The notes: generated by a model not told the origin, from the sequence alone. A stretch of 52,504 bases of DNA from Acidobacteriaceae bacterium (GCA_050258715.1 JBLMZH010000016.1:1-52504); one strand, 5' to 3'; numbered from the stretch's first letter, positions 1 to 8,198 are shown. Numbers and translations are program-made.

Positions 1-975
1 CCGTAAAGAATCCGCCCAGCAGCAATTTATTGTCAGTCTGGATGGTCAGTGCATTTGAATATAAATTCGGGACAGCCGGAGTGAAACTTCCGTCCAGAGT
101 GCCGTCAGTATTTATTTTTGCGTAATTCGGCCGCGCAGTGCCGTTGTAAGTTGCGAACCCGCCGCTGATTAAGGTTTTGTCCCCCGGCAAAACGAGCAAG
201 TCATAAACATAACTGCTGGCGCCGGTTCCGGGATTGAAAGTGTTGTCCAAAGTGCCGTCGGCGTTGATCCTTGCAATATAGTTTCGTCCGGTTCCGTCAT
301 AGCTCGAAAATCTTCCGCCGATCATAATTTTACCGTCACTTTGTATCCCGACGGTTTCAACAGTGCTGCTTGCCCCGGTGCCAGGATCGAAAGTTCCGTC
401 CAAAGTGCCGTCGGCGTTGATCCTGGCAACGCGGCTGCGGCCAGTCCCGTTATAAGTTATAAACGCTCCCCCGATCACAATTTTGCCGTCGCCTTGCACA
501 AGCAGATCGTTGACATAGCTGCCCGCGCCGGTCCCTCCGGCGTTAAAGCCGCCGTCCAAGCTTCCGTTTGAATTGAGCCTGACGAGATTGTTTATAGTCG
601 TCCCGCCGTAGGCGGTGAACGAGCCGGCGACAACGACTTTATCGTCAGACTGGATTGCCAATTCATAAACTGAACTGCCTGCGCCCGTGCCCGGATCAAA
701 CGAAGCGTCGAAGCTGCCGTCCGCGTTAAGCCGGGCAATCCTGTTTCGGCTCGTCGCGCCGACGGTAGTAAATGCCCCGGCAATGACTATTTTGCCGTCA
801 GACTGAACGCCCAGCGAATTTACCGTGTTGTTGATGGTCGGCGGAACAAACGCGGTATCGAGTGATCCGTCCGCGTTCAGCCGCGCAACCCTGCTCACAG
901 CGGTCTTGTTATAGGCAGTAAAACTTCCGCCGATCAGAATTTTGCCGCTCGGCAGGTAAAACACCGAGCTGACGG
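1..975 (-). repeat. Tandem ~153-nt coding repeats (delta-60-like units) inside the large surface protein gene
   Basis: Visible DNA periodicity, for example the repeated gccgtcggcgttgatcc / ccgtccgcgttcagccg motifs. These correspond to the repeated (A/V)R(L/I)NADG(S/T)LD peptide. Confidence 0.7.
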
Positions 976-3379
976 AATTGGCACCATATGGGGACGGAGA
1001 GTAGGCGTCGTCCCAAAACGCCGAATCAAAGCCGGTTTCAAAACCGTCGCTTTCAACGTCGCTGATTGCTTCCGCCTCCAAATGGTTCATCGCGTACCCT
1101 GTCAATCCCGAATCAAGTTTTGAAATGAAAAATCCGTTAGAGCTGCCCAGTGTTCGGTCATAAGCTCCGGCAGTCGTCGGGAAATTCGGATCCTCAACAG
1201 GCCCCGCTACATAAACATTATTGGTAGCATCAAGCGCGATGGCCTGGTAATAAGAAGTGTAAGAACCCGGGCCTCCAAGATATGTGGAAGCCAAAAGACT
1301 GGTTAGGTCGTTATTAAATTTGCTTACGAACGGATCGCCGTCATTGGCATTCCCCGGCTCGTTTTCCTGATAGGTTCCCGCAGTGGTCGAAAAAACGTCG
1401 CCAAAAAAACTGGAAGAATCGGTATAAGCTGTGAAATAAACATTATCGGAAGAATCGATGGCAATAGCAGCACCTTCTTCCGTCCCGTCGCCTCCCAAAT
1501 AAGTGGAAGCCAAAACATTAGTAAGAGTGTTGTCAAACTTGGTAAGAAAAGAGTCTTTGTAATCGCTGTAAGTCCTGTCGTACGCCCCAACAGTGGTCGG
1601 AAAATCCGTTGACTGCGTTTCTCCGCCGACAAAGACGTTGTCATTCGAATCAATGGCAAGGGCGTTTTGCGACCACTTTGCCGGATTCTCGTAGTGATTT
1701 CCTCCCAGATAGGTGGATGCGAGGATCGAAGTCATGTCGCTATTGATCTTGGTGACCCCGACGTCATAATAGCCGCCGAACGTTTTATCGAATGCTAGGG
1801 CGGTGGTGTAAAGCAAATTGCTCGTGACAACTCCGGTAATGAATATATTACCGGTTGAATCCAAAGCGATGGCAGTGGCTTCTTCGCCGTGCATATAAGT
1901 CCCGGCCAAAAAAGTTGTCAGATCGTTGTTCAGCTTAACCACTCCCGAATTGGTCGTGGCCAAGTCGCAAGTTTCAAAAGCAGCGCCAGTGGTTTTAGGA
2001 AATGTATTGCACCCGGCTCCCGAGGCAACCGAGGTAACGGAATAAACATTTCCGAGCCCGTCAACCGCCACTCCCCCTGCGTCTTCATTCCCGGTTGATC
2101 CCACGAAAGTTGAACCAAGCAGCTGAGTCAGGTCGCTGCTCAATTTTGATATGACAAGATCGCTGCTGCCGTTGTAGCTTTCATCGTAAGCGCCCGTCAC
2201 TACCGGGTAATCGGCGGACGAAGAATCTCCTGAAATAAAAACATTGCCAGCCGCATCAAAAGCAATTGTTGAGTTCCAAGATGTTTCGTCGCTCGTGCCT
2301 CCCAAGTAAGTTAGCGCTAGAAGCTGGGTTAGCGAGCTGTTGAATTTTGCGATTACAAAATCGCCGCTTGAAAGTCCGCCGTTGAAAGTCGAATCCCACA
2401 CGCCGGGAGTGACATCGAAATTCGGATCTCTGGTTTCTCCCGCGACAAAAATCGAACCGTCGGCTGCAACCGAGATTGCCGCGTAGTCAATAAGATTGGA
2501 TGCTCCCTCCAAAAAAGTGCTTCCCAGCAACGGATCAATGATCAAAGTTTTTGAGCGGTCATAATCGAAAACCGCAAAGCCGTAAATTGATCCGGCCCTC
2601 AAGTCATATACCGCATCGACAAAAGACTTTGTCCCATCTTCCGAAAGCTGGAAGGCCTTCGGTTCAGTCATGTACGCTTCGCCAGCTGGAGTTGAAATAA
2701 AAAGCTTGCCGTCCCTCAACTGGAACGAGCCGTCAATGCTCATGGAAATATCCGACGGATTCCCTCCCGGCTCTATTTCAAATATTTTTTCAACGCTGCT
2801 GCGGCTGGCTGAGAGAGAGACATTGACCTTGTCCCATACCTGATCGAATTTGACTTCCTGGTAGTTGGGAATTTTGGATTTCCATTTTGTCTTGTCGTTG
2901 CCCAAAAAGGCGGATATCACCGCCCCTGACGAACCTGCCCCGTACGGAACAGCCTTGATAATCTCGCCGTCGCTTGCAACAAACGATTCTGAAAAATAGG
3001 CTGACTGCAATTTATCCAAGCCTTCTTTCGATTCAGACCTCTCGTTTCCAGGCCTGACAGCGTACGAAATTCCGTCTTCCGTGACCGACACTGTGGCCTT
3101 TTGGGTGTTGACATAAAACTTGAGGTCTTTATTCGCGAATTGGCCGATATTTTCCACGAACGGCAGAGTCAATTTCGGTTTTTCGCCGGCATTTTCCTCT
3201 CCTTTGTCAAAAACAACCGATACGGCTTCAGTAGCTTTCGGTATCCATAACGAAAAATCGCTTATTAGAAGCGAAAAAGATAATAAAATAGCGAAAGGAA
3301 TTCTTAAATCGCTATTTTTTATTGAAGCCTTGCCCAAAAATAATCGGACAAAACAGAGAAATCCTCTTCCTTTTGGCAT
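1..3379 (-). CDS. Large secreted repeat protein, C-terminus cut by the window edge: hydrophobic N-terminus, SBBP-type beta-propeller repeats, then at least 6 tandem ~51-aa delta-60/DUF5122-like repeats
   Basis: Absent from the ORF track because no stop lies in the window. Manual reverse translation from ATG (3379-3377) stays open to base 2, and all listed minus ORFs between 592 and 3114 share one other frame. The translation starts MPKGRGFLCF.. and shows repeated 'TYLGG.G.E.. AIA.D..(G/D)NVY..G......FPTT.GAYD' units, then 'ARLNADG(S/T)LD..F.PGTGA.....L.(V/I)Q.DGKI.I.G.F..Y.G' units. Confidence 0.8.
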   Translation of the reverse strand, partial: MPKGRGFLCFVRLFLGKASIKNSDLRIPFAILLSFSLLISDFSLWIPKATEAVSVVFDKGEENAGEKPKLTLPFVENIGQFANKDLKFYVNTQKATVSVTEDGISYAVRPGNERSESKEGLDKLQSAYFSESFVASDGEIIKAVPYGAGSSGAVISAFLGNDKTKWKSKIPNYQEVKFDQVWDKVNVSLSASRSSVEKIFEIEPGGNPSDISMSIDGSFQLRDGKLFISTPAGEAYMTEPKAFQLSEDGTKSFVDAVYDLRAGSIYGFAVFDYDRSKTLIIDPLLGSTFLEGASNLIDYAAISVAADGSIFVAGETRDPNFDVTPGVWDSTFNGGLSSGDFVIAKFNSSLTQLLALTYLGGTSDETSWNSTIAFDAAGNVFISGDSSSADYPVVTGAYDESYNGSSDLVISKLSSDLTQLLGSTFVGSTGNEDAGGVAVDGLGNVYSVTSVASGAGCNTFPKTTGAAFETCDLATTNSGVVKLNNDLTTFLAGTYMHGEEATAIALDSTGNIFITGVVTSNLLYTTALAFDKTFGGYYDVGVTKINSDMTSILASTYLGGNHYENPAKWSQNALAIDSNDNVFVGGETQSTDFPTTVGAYDRTYSDYKDSFLTKFDNTLTNVLASTYLGGDGTEEGAAIAIDSSDNVYFTAYTDSSSFFGDVFSTTAGTYQENEPGNANDGDPFVSKFNNDLTSLLASTYLGGPGSYTSYYQAIALDATNNVYVAGPVEDPNFPTTAGAYDRTLGSSNGFFISKLDSGLTGYAMNHLEAEAISDVESDGFETGFDSAFWDDAYSPSPYGANSVSSVFYLPSGKILIGGSFTAYNKTAVSRVARLNADGSLDTAFVPPTINNTVNSLGVQSDGKIVIAGAFTTVGATSRNRIARLNADGSFDASFDPGTGAGSSVYELAIQSDDKVVVAGSFTAYGGTTINNLVRLNSNGSLDGGFNAGGTGAGSYVNDLLVQGDGKIVIGGAFITYNGTGRSRVARINADGTLDGTFDPGTGASSTVETVGIQSDGKIMIGGRFSSYDGTGRNYIARINADGTLDNTFNPGTGASSYVYDLLVLPGDKTLISGGFATYNGTARPNYAKINTDGTLDGSFTPAVPNLYSNALTIQTDNKLLLGGFFT

Positions 3380-3530
3380 TATTAAGTTTTGTTTTGTTTT
3401 TTGTTTCGGAAATCCGACTTATTTCATTGTTATTATATCATATTGTCTCTCTTTTGTCCAACCTGGCTAAAACAAAATTTATATGGTTTAATTAAATCAG
3501 CGGGACGATTATTAAACTCCCCCAACACAT

Positions 3531-3944
3531 ATGCCTTCTGACCGAAAACATAAGATACTGATAGTGGAAGATGAAGATAAAGTCAGAGAAGTTTTCTCTG
3601 ATGCGTTAAAGGCTAAAGGGTTCATAGTAATTGAGGCGGTAGACGGCAACAAGGCAAAAGAGCTTTGGATAAAAGAGCAACCCGATTTAGTGCTTCTGGA
3701 CATTCTCCTGCCCGAGATAGATGGGTTTCAACTTTTAAAGACAATGCGGGCCTATCCCAGTCCGCATCACAGCGACACGCCCGTGGTTGTCATCACCAAC
3801 CTTTACGAAAAAAGCGACATCCTAAGAGCTTCAAAATATTCGATCAAGCAATTCATGGTCAAGGCGAACCACACTACTGACGAAGTAATTCAAAGAATCG
3901 AAGAAGTATTCGAGCGCGAGCATCGGAAAAAAACCATTGGTTAA
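3531..3944 (+). CDS. Stand-alone response regulator receiver (CheY-like) protein
   Basis: KILIVEDEDKVREV..., acceptor-Asp context DLVLLDILLPEIDG, later PVVVITN and K in MVKANH. No output domain and no adjacent kinase. Confidence 0.85.
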   Translation: MPSDRKHKILIVEDEDKVREVFSDALKAKGFIVIEAVDGNKAKELWIKEQPDLVLLDILLPEIDGFQLLKTMRAYPSPHHSDTPVVVITNLYEKSDILRASKYSIKQFMVKANHTTDEVIQRIEEVFEREHRKKTIG

Positions 3945-3962
3945 AATAAACGAAATAAAACT

Positions 3963-3992
3963 CCCCGGCCGTTTCAGCCGGGGTTTCTATTT
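3963..3992. terminator. Bidirectional intrinsic terminator between convergent genes
   Basis: Hairpin CCCCGGC-cgtttca-GCCGGGG followed by TTTCTATTT on plus and by a T-rich run on minus. Confidence 0.6.
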
Positions 3993-4030
3993 GCGTTTCT
4001 CTAGCCTTCACTTGTTCGCAAGATTACAAT

Positions 4031-4810
4031 CTAGTAGGCCCGTCTTTGATCTTCATTCGTCTTGGTTAAAGTTGTACCTTTAGCATTATACTCATTATAT
4101 CCCCTAATTGAGTTGGTGTTTGTATAACGAAAGGTTGACATGACTTTCTTAACCAACTCTAGATCGCTGCCATTAACCGTGCCCTTTACTTCAAAATCTG
4201 CCCCGACTGAGCAATCTTCAGGACAATAGAAAGTTTTATTCCTGACCTTAGCGAATCCAAAAATCGCCCCACTACCCACCTTGGTACGAAGTTTTGAGGG
4301 AAAAATCATCCAGCCATAGGTTTGTTTAGTATCTGAAGTCTCACACCGATACCCAAAGTCTTCTATGTTCATGAAGTTAATTCGTTCTTTTATATAACCA
4401 TCACACATGCCCCAGGTTTCCCCTGGCGTAAAAGATATCATGAATATATTATTGTCTATCGAAGGAGGTTCGTTATTTTCCGATTGGTAAGCAATAATAT
4501 CCTCTCCGGTTTTTAACTTCCAGTCCGGAGGATATTGAAATTCAAAATTATGTTCCTCACTTCTATAAATTTTCCATTCTGCTTTCGATCCTGACTTTTG
4601 TTCACCAACATTAACCGGCGGTTCGTATTTATAATTCTTCCAATAGGACCTAAGCTGGATCTGGAAAACAATGCCAGCAAGGATAAAAACACCCGTTACT
4701 GTAAATAACAACAATTTATGCCTCATCAGCCAGTCATTTTTTGGCTTAAAGCTGTTTTCTAGGTTTGTTTCCATAAGTTTTGCTTGTACTTTTATGATAA
4801 CAAAAAACAC
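4031..4810 (-). CDS. Hypothetical membrane-anchored or secreted protein
   Basis: Single N-terminal TM (LLLFTVTGVFILAGIVFQI). No recognisable catalytic motif. The start is uncertain because several in-frame Met lie near the N-terminus. Confidence 0.5.
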   Translation of the reverse strand: MFFVIIKVQAKLMETNLENSFKPKNDWLMRHKLLLFTVTGVFILAGIVFQIQLRSYWKNYKYEPPVNVGEQKSGSKAEWKIYRSEEHNFEFQYPPDWKLKTGEDIIAYQSENNEPPSIDNNIFMISFTPGETWGMCDGYIKERINFMNIEDFGYRCETSDTKQTYGWMIFPSKLRTKVGSGAIFGFAKVRNKTFYCPEDCSVGADFEVKGTVNGSDLELVKKVMSTFRYTNTNSIRGYNEYNAKGTTLTKTNEDQRRAY

Positions 4811-4823
4811 CAGCCTAAGCTAA

Positions 4824-4852
4824 TGGTCAGACTGAAGGGAGTTGTCTCCTCG
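4824..4852 (-). other. Degenerate duplicate of the 3' end of tRNA-His (possible att-like scar)
   Basis: Plus-strand tggtcagaCTGAAGGGAGTTGtctCCTCG aligns with the tRNA-His 3' end tggggtgcCTGAAGGGAGTTGaacCCTCG at 5322-5350. There is a 13-nt exact core plus flanking matches, in the same orientation. The fragment does not fold as a tRNA. Confidence 0.45.
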
Positions 4853-4892
4853 CTCGCGCTGCTCGCTTCGTCGTCCTGGGCAGCGACAAACG

Positions 4893-5150
4893 TCAATACA
4901 AAGTTCTTTTAAGAATCGCCTTCAACTGTTCATGTCCATAACCACTTTTTAAAAAAGTTTCTCTGGCTTTTGCATCTTCTTTATTAATAAAGTACTCATA
5001 GTGAATTAACCGGAGAAATCTTCGGCTTTTTGTTGACGTCACTTCTCCGCGAGCATGCTGTTGAAGACGTTGTTTTAAATTAGTCGTAAAACCGATATAC
5101 AATCTCTTATCAGCACTGCTCAATAATATGTATACGTAATACTTAGACAT
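4893..5150 (-). CDS. Small GIY-YIG nuclease-domain protein (UPF0213/YhbQ-like)
   Basis: YYVYILLS..KRLYIGFTTNLKQRLQQH...E GIY-YIG pattern. 85 aa with no other domain. Confidence 0.8.
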   Translation of the reverse strand: MSKYYVYILLSSADKRLYIGFTTNLKQRLQQHARGEVTSTKSRRFLRLIHYEYFINKEDAKARETFLKSGYGHEQLKAILKRTLY

Positions 5151-5223
5151 CTATTCAACATCAATCGTCCGAACGTCAGACGTTCGGAACAAATCATTAA
5201 AAATAAGATCCAAGCATACATTA

Positions 5224-5254
5224 CAAAAACCAGCTCATCAAGAGCTGGTTTTTG
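5224..5254. terminator. Intrinsic terminator downstream of tRNA-His (bidirectional shape)
   Basis: ACCAGCTC-atcaa-GAGCTGGT flanked by an A-run and a T-run. Confidence 0.6.
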
Positions 5255-5321
5255 ATATAGAATCGTTCAGTCCCGTCAAGAACGTTAGACGTTCTCAAAC
5301 GGGACAGAACGTTTGAGGTTC

Positions 5322-5396
5322 TGGGGTGCCTGAAGGGAGTTGAACCCTCGTGACCGCTTCCACAGAGCGGCGTTCTACCGTTGAACTACAGGCACC
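5322..5396 (-). tRNA. tRNA-His (anticodon GTG) with encoded G-1 and CCA
   Basis: Manual cloverleaf. G-1 plus acceptor GTGCCTG/CAGGCAC, D stem GTTC/GAAC, anticodon stem CCGCT/AGCGG with loop CTGTGGA, T arm GAGGG-TTCAACT-CCCTT, then C73-CCA. Confidence 0.9.
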
Positions 5397-5612
5397 ACGC
5401 TTAGTGATGAGTCTAGCGCTTCAGCGCGAGCATCAGTTTATCCGCCTGCACACAAAAAGCTTCGGCGAGATGAACTCTTTTCCTACAGCAATAAATTGAG
5501 GTTCAAAAAACTCTTACACAGGAGGTAAGAGATGGCTGCTCCTGCTGTGTCAGGAGGAATTATTCAATTCGCCACTATTATAGCTCCAACGCGTCCCTAA
5601 GTCAATTAAGCC

Positions 5613-5641
5613 TTTACATAAGCCAAAATATGTGTTATTAT
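5613..5641 (+). promoter_or_regulatory. Candidate sigma70-type promoter for the small ORF at 5680
   Basis: TTTACA, 17 nt, TATTAT, with TGT immediately upstream of the -10. Confidence 0.45.
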
Positions 5642-5679
5642 TTCTTGCCAGTTAACCAAGGCAAAAGCAAGGAGGAAGA

Positions 5680-5898
5680 ATGATCGCAGGCGAGGTTGTC
5701 AGGGAGCCTTTCGAACGGGTGCTGCAGCGGGTCCGGGGCGAATTCACGGAGATGCCGTGCTTGAAGCTCACGGCTGCACAGGCCCAGCGGCTGTGCGGGA
5801 TAAAGGAAGACACTTGGGCTTCAGTGTCCCAGCACCTTCTCGAGCAAGGCTTCCTCAGACAGACCGCTTCCGGCGCGTTCGCGCTGAAGAACTCCTAG
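5680..5898 (+). CDS. Small (72 aa) putative winged-helix-like protein, GC-rich relative to neighbours
   Basis: Strong SD (AAGGAGGAAGAATG), own promoter candidate and own terminator. The peptide ..EMPCLKLTAAQAQRLCGIKEDTWASVSQHLLEQGFL.. has an HTH-like pattern. Function unknown. Confidence 0.55.
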   Translation: MIAGEVVREPFERVLQRVRGEFTEMPCLKLTAAQAQRLCGIKEDTWASVSQHLLEQGFLRQTASGAFALKNS

Positions 5899-5921
5899 AA
5901 ACGGCTGTCTAGCCGGCCAAA

Positions 5922-5961
5922 AAGGCGTGCAGATGCAAATCAGCACGCCTTTCGTTTTTTT
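5922..5961 (+). terminator. Intrinsic terminator
   Basis: AAGGCGTGC-12 nt-GCACGCCTT followed by TCGTTTTTTT. Confidence 0.7.
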
Positions 5962-5977
5962 ACGCTATAATTAGGCC

Positions 5978-7090
5978 ATGAAATACTTTTTCATTTCCCT
6001 GGGGATAGTCCTGGTTACCTCCATCTTTGTTCTGTTTCATTGGTTCATTTACAGGACTTCCGTGCGTTTTTTCGATATCCAGTCCGTTTGGCTGAGAAGG
6101 ACCCTGCTTATTACTCTCGTAACTTTGAGCCTGAGCATAGTCTTGGCCAGCCTGATTTCCTCCCGATACTTTAACGGCTTCTCCCAAGCTTTATACAAAT
6201 TGATCGGCAACTGGTCGGGGTTCTTCGCCTATTTCTTCATCGCCTCGTGCCTTGCCTGGATCATTTACGCCTTTACCCGCGACCCCAGCGCCATGAAGTG
6301 GGTCACGGGTATTTTGTATGGTCTGGCCGTGGTCGTGGGAATTTATGGGATGATCAACGCCAGAAATTTGCGGACCACCGAATTTGAAGTCGCGATTCCG
6401 AACCTCCCCCAAGAATGGCAAGGCAAGACTGCGGTTTGGGTTTCCGACGTGCACTTAGGCCAGGTCAATAACGACAAGTACGCAGACGAAATCATTGACC
6501 GCACCAACGAGCTTCAACCGGATATTGTTTTCTTAGGCGGCGATTATTTTGACGGCCTGGCCGTGGACAGCTTCAAGCTCGCGGATAAACTTAAAAAAAT
6601 CAACGCCAAGTGGGGCACATACTTCATTACCGGAAACCACGAGGAGTTCGCGGACGATTACGACCACAATCAATACATTGAAGCCTTGGACCTTTCCGGA
6701 ATTCGAATTTTAAACAACGAAAAGATCGACGTGCACGGGATGCAGCTCGTTGGCGTTGACTTTCACGCCACCAACAGCCGCAAGGACTTTCAGGCGGAAA
6801 TGGACAGCATCGACGTGGACAAAACAAAACCCGCGATTTTGCTCAAGCACGTTCCGAGCGCTTTGGATATCAGCGAGAAGGAAGGAATATCATTGCAGAT
6901 CTCAGGGCACACTCACCGCGGCCAAATTTTCCCCGGCGGCCTGCTTTCATGCTTAGTCTACAGAGGGTACGATTACGGTTTCAAGAGCCACGGCAAACTG
7001 CAGGTCATCACGAGCAGCGGTGCTGGAACTTTTGGCCCGGCCATGAGAGTCGGAACGGTTTCGGAGATCGTTAAGATCACCTTCAAATAA
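5978..7090 (+). CDS. Membrane-anchored metallophosphoesterase (calcineurin-like, YkuE/YaeI-type)
   Basis: N-terminal TM helices, then the motifs DVHLG, GGDYFD, GNHE and GHTHRGQ. Confidence 0.85.
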   Translation: MKYFFISLGIVLVTSIFVLFHWFIYRTSVRFFDIQSVWLRRTLLITLVTLSLSIVLASLISSRYFNGFSQALYKLIGNWSGFFAYFFIASCLAWIIYAFTRDPSAMKWVTGILYGLAVVVGIYGMINARNLRTTEFEVAIPNLPQEWQGKTAVWVSDVHLGQVNNDKYADEIIDRTNELQPDIVFLGGDYFDGLAVDSFKLADKLKKINAKWGTYFITGNHEEFADDYDHNQYIEALDLSGIRILNNEKIDVHGMQLVGVDFHATNSRKDFQAEMDSIDVDKTKPAILLKHVPSALDISEKEGISLQISGHTHRGQIFPGGLLSCLVYRGYDYGFKSHGKLQVITSSGAGTFGPAMRVGTVSEIVKITFK

Positions 7091-7630
7091 ATGCTCCAGT
7101 TGGACATTGCGATTTTTTATGCCATCAACCACCTGCCGCACCCGGCCTTTTTAAATTTGTTTTCGCAGATCGTTCATTACGCGACCTTGGGCGGGTTGAT
7201 CTACTATCCTTTTTTTATTTTCCTTTTTTTGCTGAAGGATTATAAAAAACTGGCAGTCCTTGCTGCCGGATCGTCTCTTGTAACTTATATTGTCACAGAC
7301 CTTATTTTAAAAAATTTTTTCGACCGGGTACGGCCGTTTAAGGCCTTAGTGGACGTTAATTACGTGCCGAATTCCCCCGGCAGTTTTTCCTTCCCTTCCG
7401 GCCAAACTGGCACGGCATTTGCCGTAGCTATGATATTCGTTTTGCTTTTCCCCAGAAAAATCCAAACCTATTTGGTTTTGGCTTTTGCTTTTCTCGTTGC
7501 GCTGGACCGGATTTACATGGGGCATCACTATCCGTCGGATGTCCTGGCTGGAGCTTTAATCGGCGCCTTGGTTTCTCTTTTAATTAACGCTTTCGTGAAA
7601 AACTCCCGCTTGTCCGCAACAGCAGCCTGA
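7091..7630 (+). CDS. PAP2-family lipid phosphatase (variant C2 motif)
   Basis: KNFFDRVRP / PSGQT / DRIYMGHHYPSDV match the PAP2 tripartite motif, except Q replaces the usual H of PSGH. The ATG directly abuts the upstream TAA. Confidence 0.8.
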   Translation: MLQLDIAIFYAINHLPHPAFLNLFSQIVHYATLGGLIYYPFFIFLFLLKDYKKLAVLAAGSSLVTYIVTDLILKNFFDRVRPFKALVDVNYVPNSPGSFSFPSGQTGTAFAVAMIFVLLFPRKIQTYLVLAFAFLVALDRIYMGHHYPSDVLAGALIGALVSLLINAFVKNSRLSATAA

Positions 7631-7675
7631 TATAAAATTACTTCTTCGTTTTGTCCGATCGAACAAAACGAATGT

Positions 7676-7707
7676 ATACAAAAATCCCGGGATATTTCCC
7701 GGGATTT
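7676..7707. terminator. Bidirectional intrinsic terminator
   Basis: AAATCCCGGG-atattt-CCCGGGATTT, with an A-run upstream that gives a T-run on minus. Confidence 0.6.
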
Positions 7708-7721
7708 AATATTTCTATCTT

Positions 7722-8030
7722 TTAGAGGAGGATGAGGATGATCACAGCCAGGCCGATTATCATCCAACCTATGGTGTAAGAAAACAAAACAACACCTTCC
7801 TTCTTTTCTCCGTTTAGATACATCATGGTCGGGCGGCCAATAACCAGCATCCCTACGATCGCCGCTGAAAGCACAAACAATAACAAAAACAAAACCGGAT
7901 CAAGAAACTTATTGTCCATTTGTCCGAACCACCGTTCTGCATTATTGAAAAACATCGAAAGTAATAATGTATAAAGAACGACCAGAGCGGATGAAACAAA
8001 ACCTGAAAGCAAAAGTTTTTTGTGATTCAT
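7722..8030 (-). CDS. Hypothetical small membrane protein (about 3 TM)
   Basis: The hydrophobic segments are the only evidence. Confidence 0.5.
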   Translation of the reverse strand: MNHKKLLLSGFVSSALVVLYTLLLSMFFNNAERWFGQMDNKFLDPVLFLLLFVLSAAIVGMLVIGRPTMMYLNGEKKEGVVLFSYTIGWMIIGLAVIILILL

Positions 8031-8076
8031 TTTTCTTAAATTAATAAATAAATTCTCTCGGCCTCTTTTAATTTTC

Positions 8077-8151
8077 TGGTGCCCCCGGAGGGAATCGAAC
8101 CCCCATATCCGGCTTAGAAGTCCGGAGTTCTATCCATTGAACTACGAGGGC
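8077..8151 (-). tRNA. tRNA-Arg (anticodon TCT) with encoded CCA
   Basis: Acceptor GCCCTCG/CGGGGGC, D stem GTTC/GAAC, anticodon loop CTTCTAA, T arm GGGGG-TTCGATT-CCCTC, then A73-CCA. There is an A31-G39 mismatch in the anticodon stem. Confidence 0.85.
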
Positions 8152-8170
8152 AATTGGTTTTGCTTGAATA

Positions 8171-8198
8171 ATTATACCTTTTTTCCGTCATTTCTCAA
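8171..8198 (-). promoter_or_regulatory. Candidate promoter for tRNA-Arg
   Basis: Minus strand TTGAGA, 16 nt, TATAAT, about 20 nt upstream of the mature tRNA 5' end. Confidence 0.45.

Noticed and set aside
592-3114. Five short minus-strand ORFs (592-783, 1324-1659, 1930-2118, 2353-2538, 2917-3114) and the plus-strand ORFs 341-571 and 1889-2098
   Set aside because: The minus-strand ORFs all lie in one alternative frame of the large repeat-protein gene, which is open in a different frame over the whole interval. Their sequences are low-complexity shadows.
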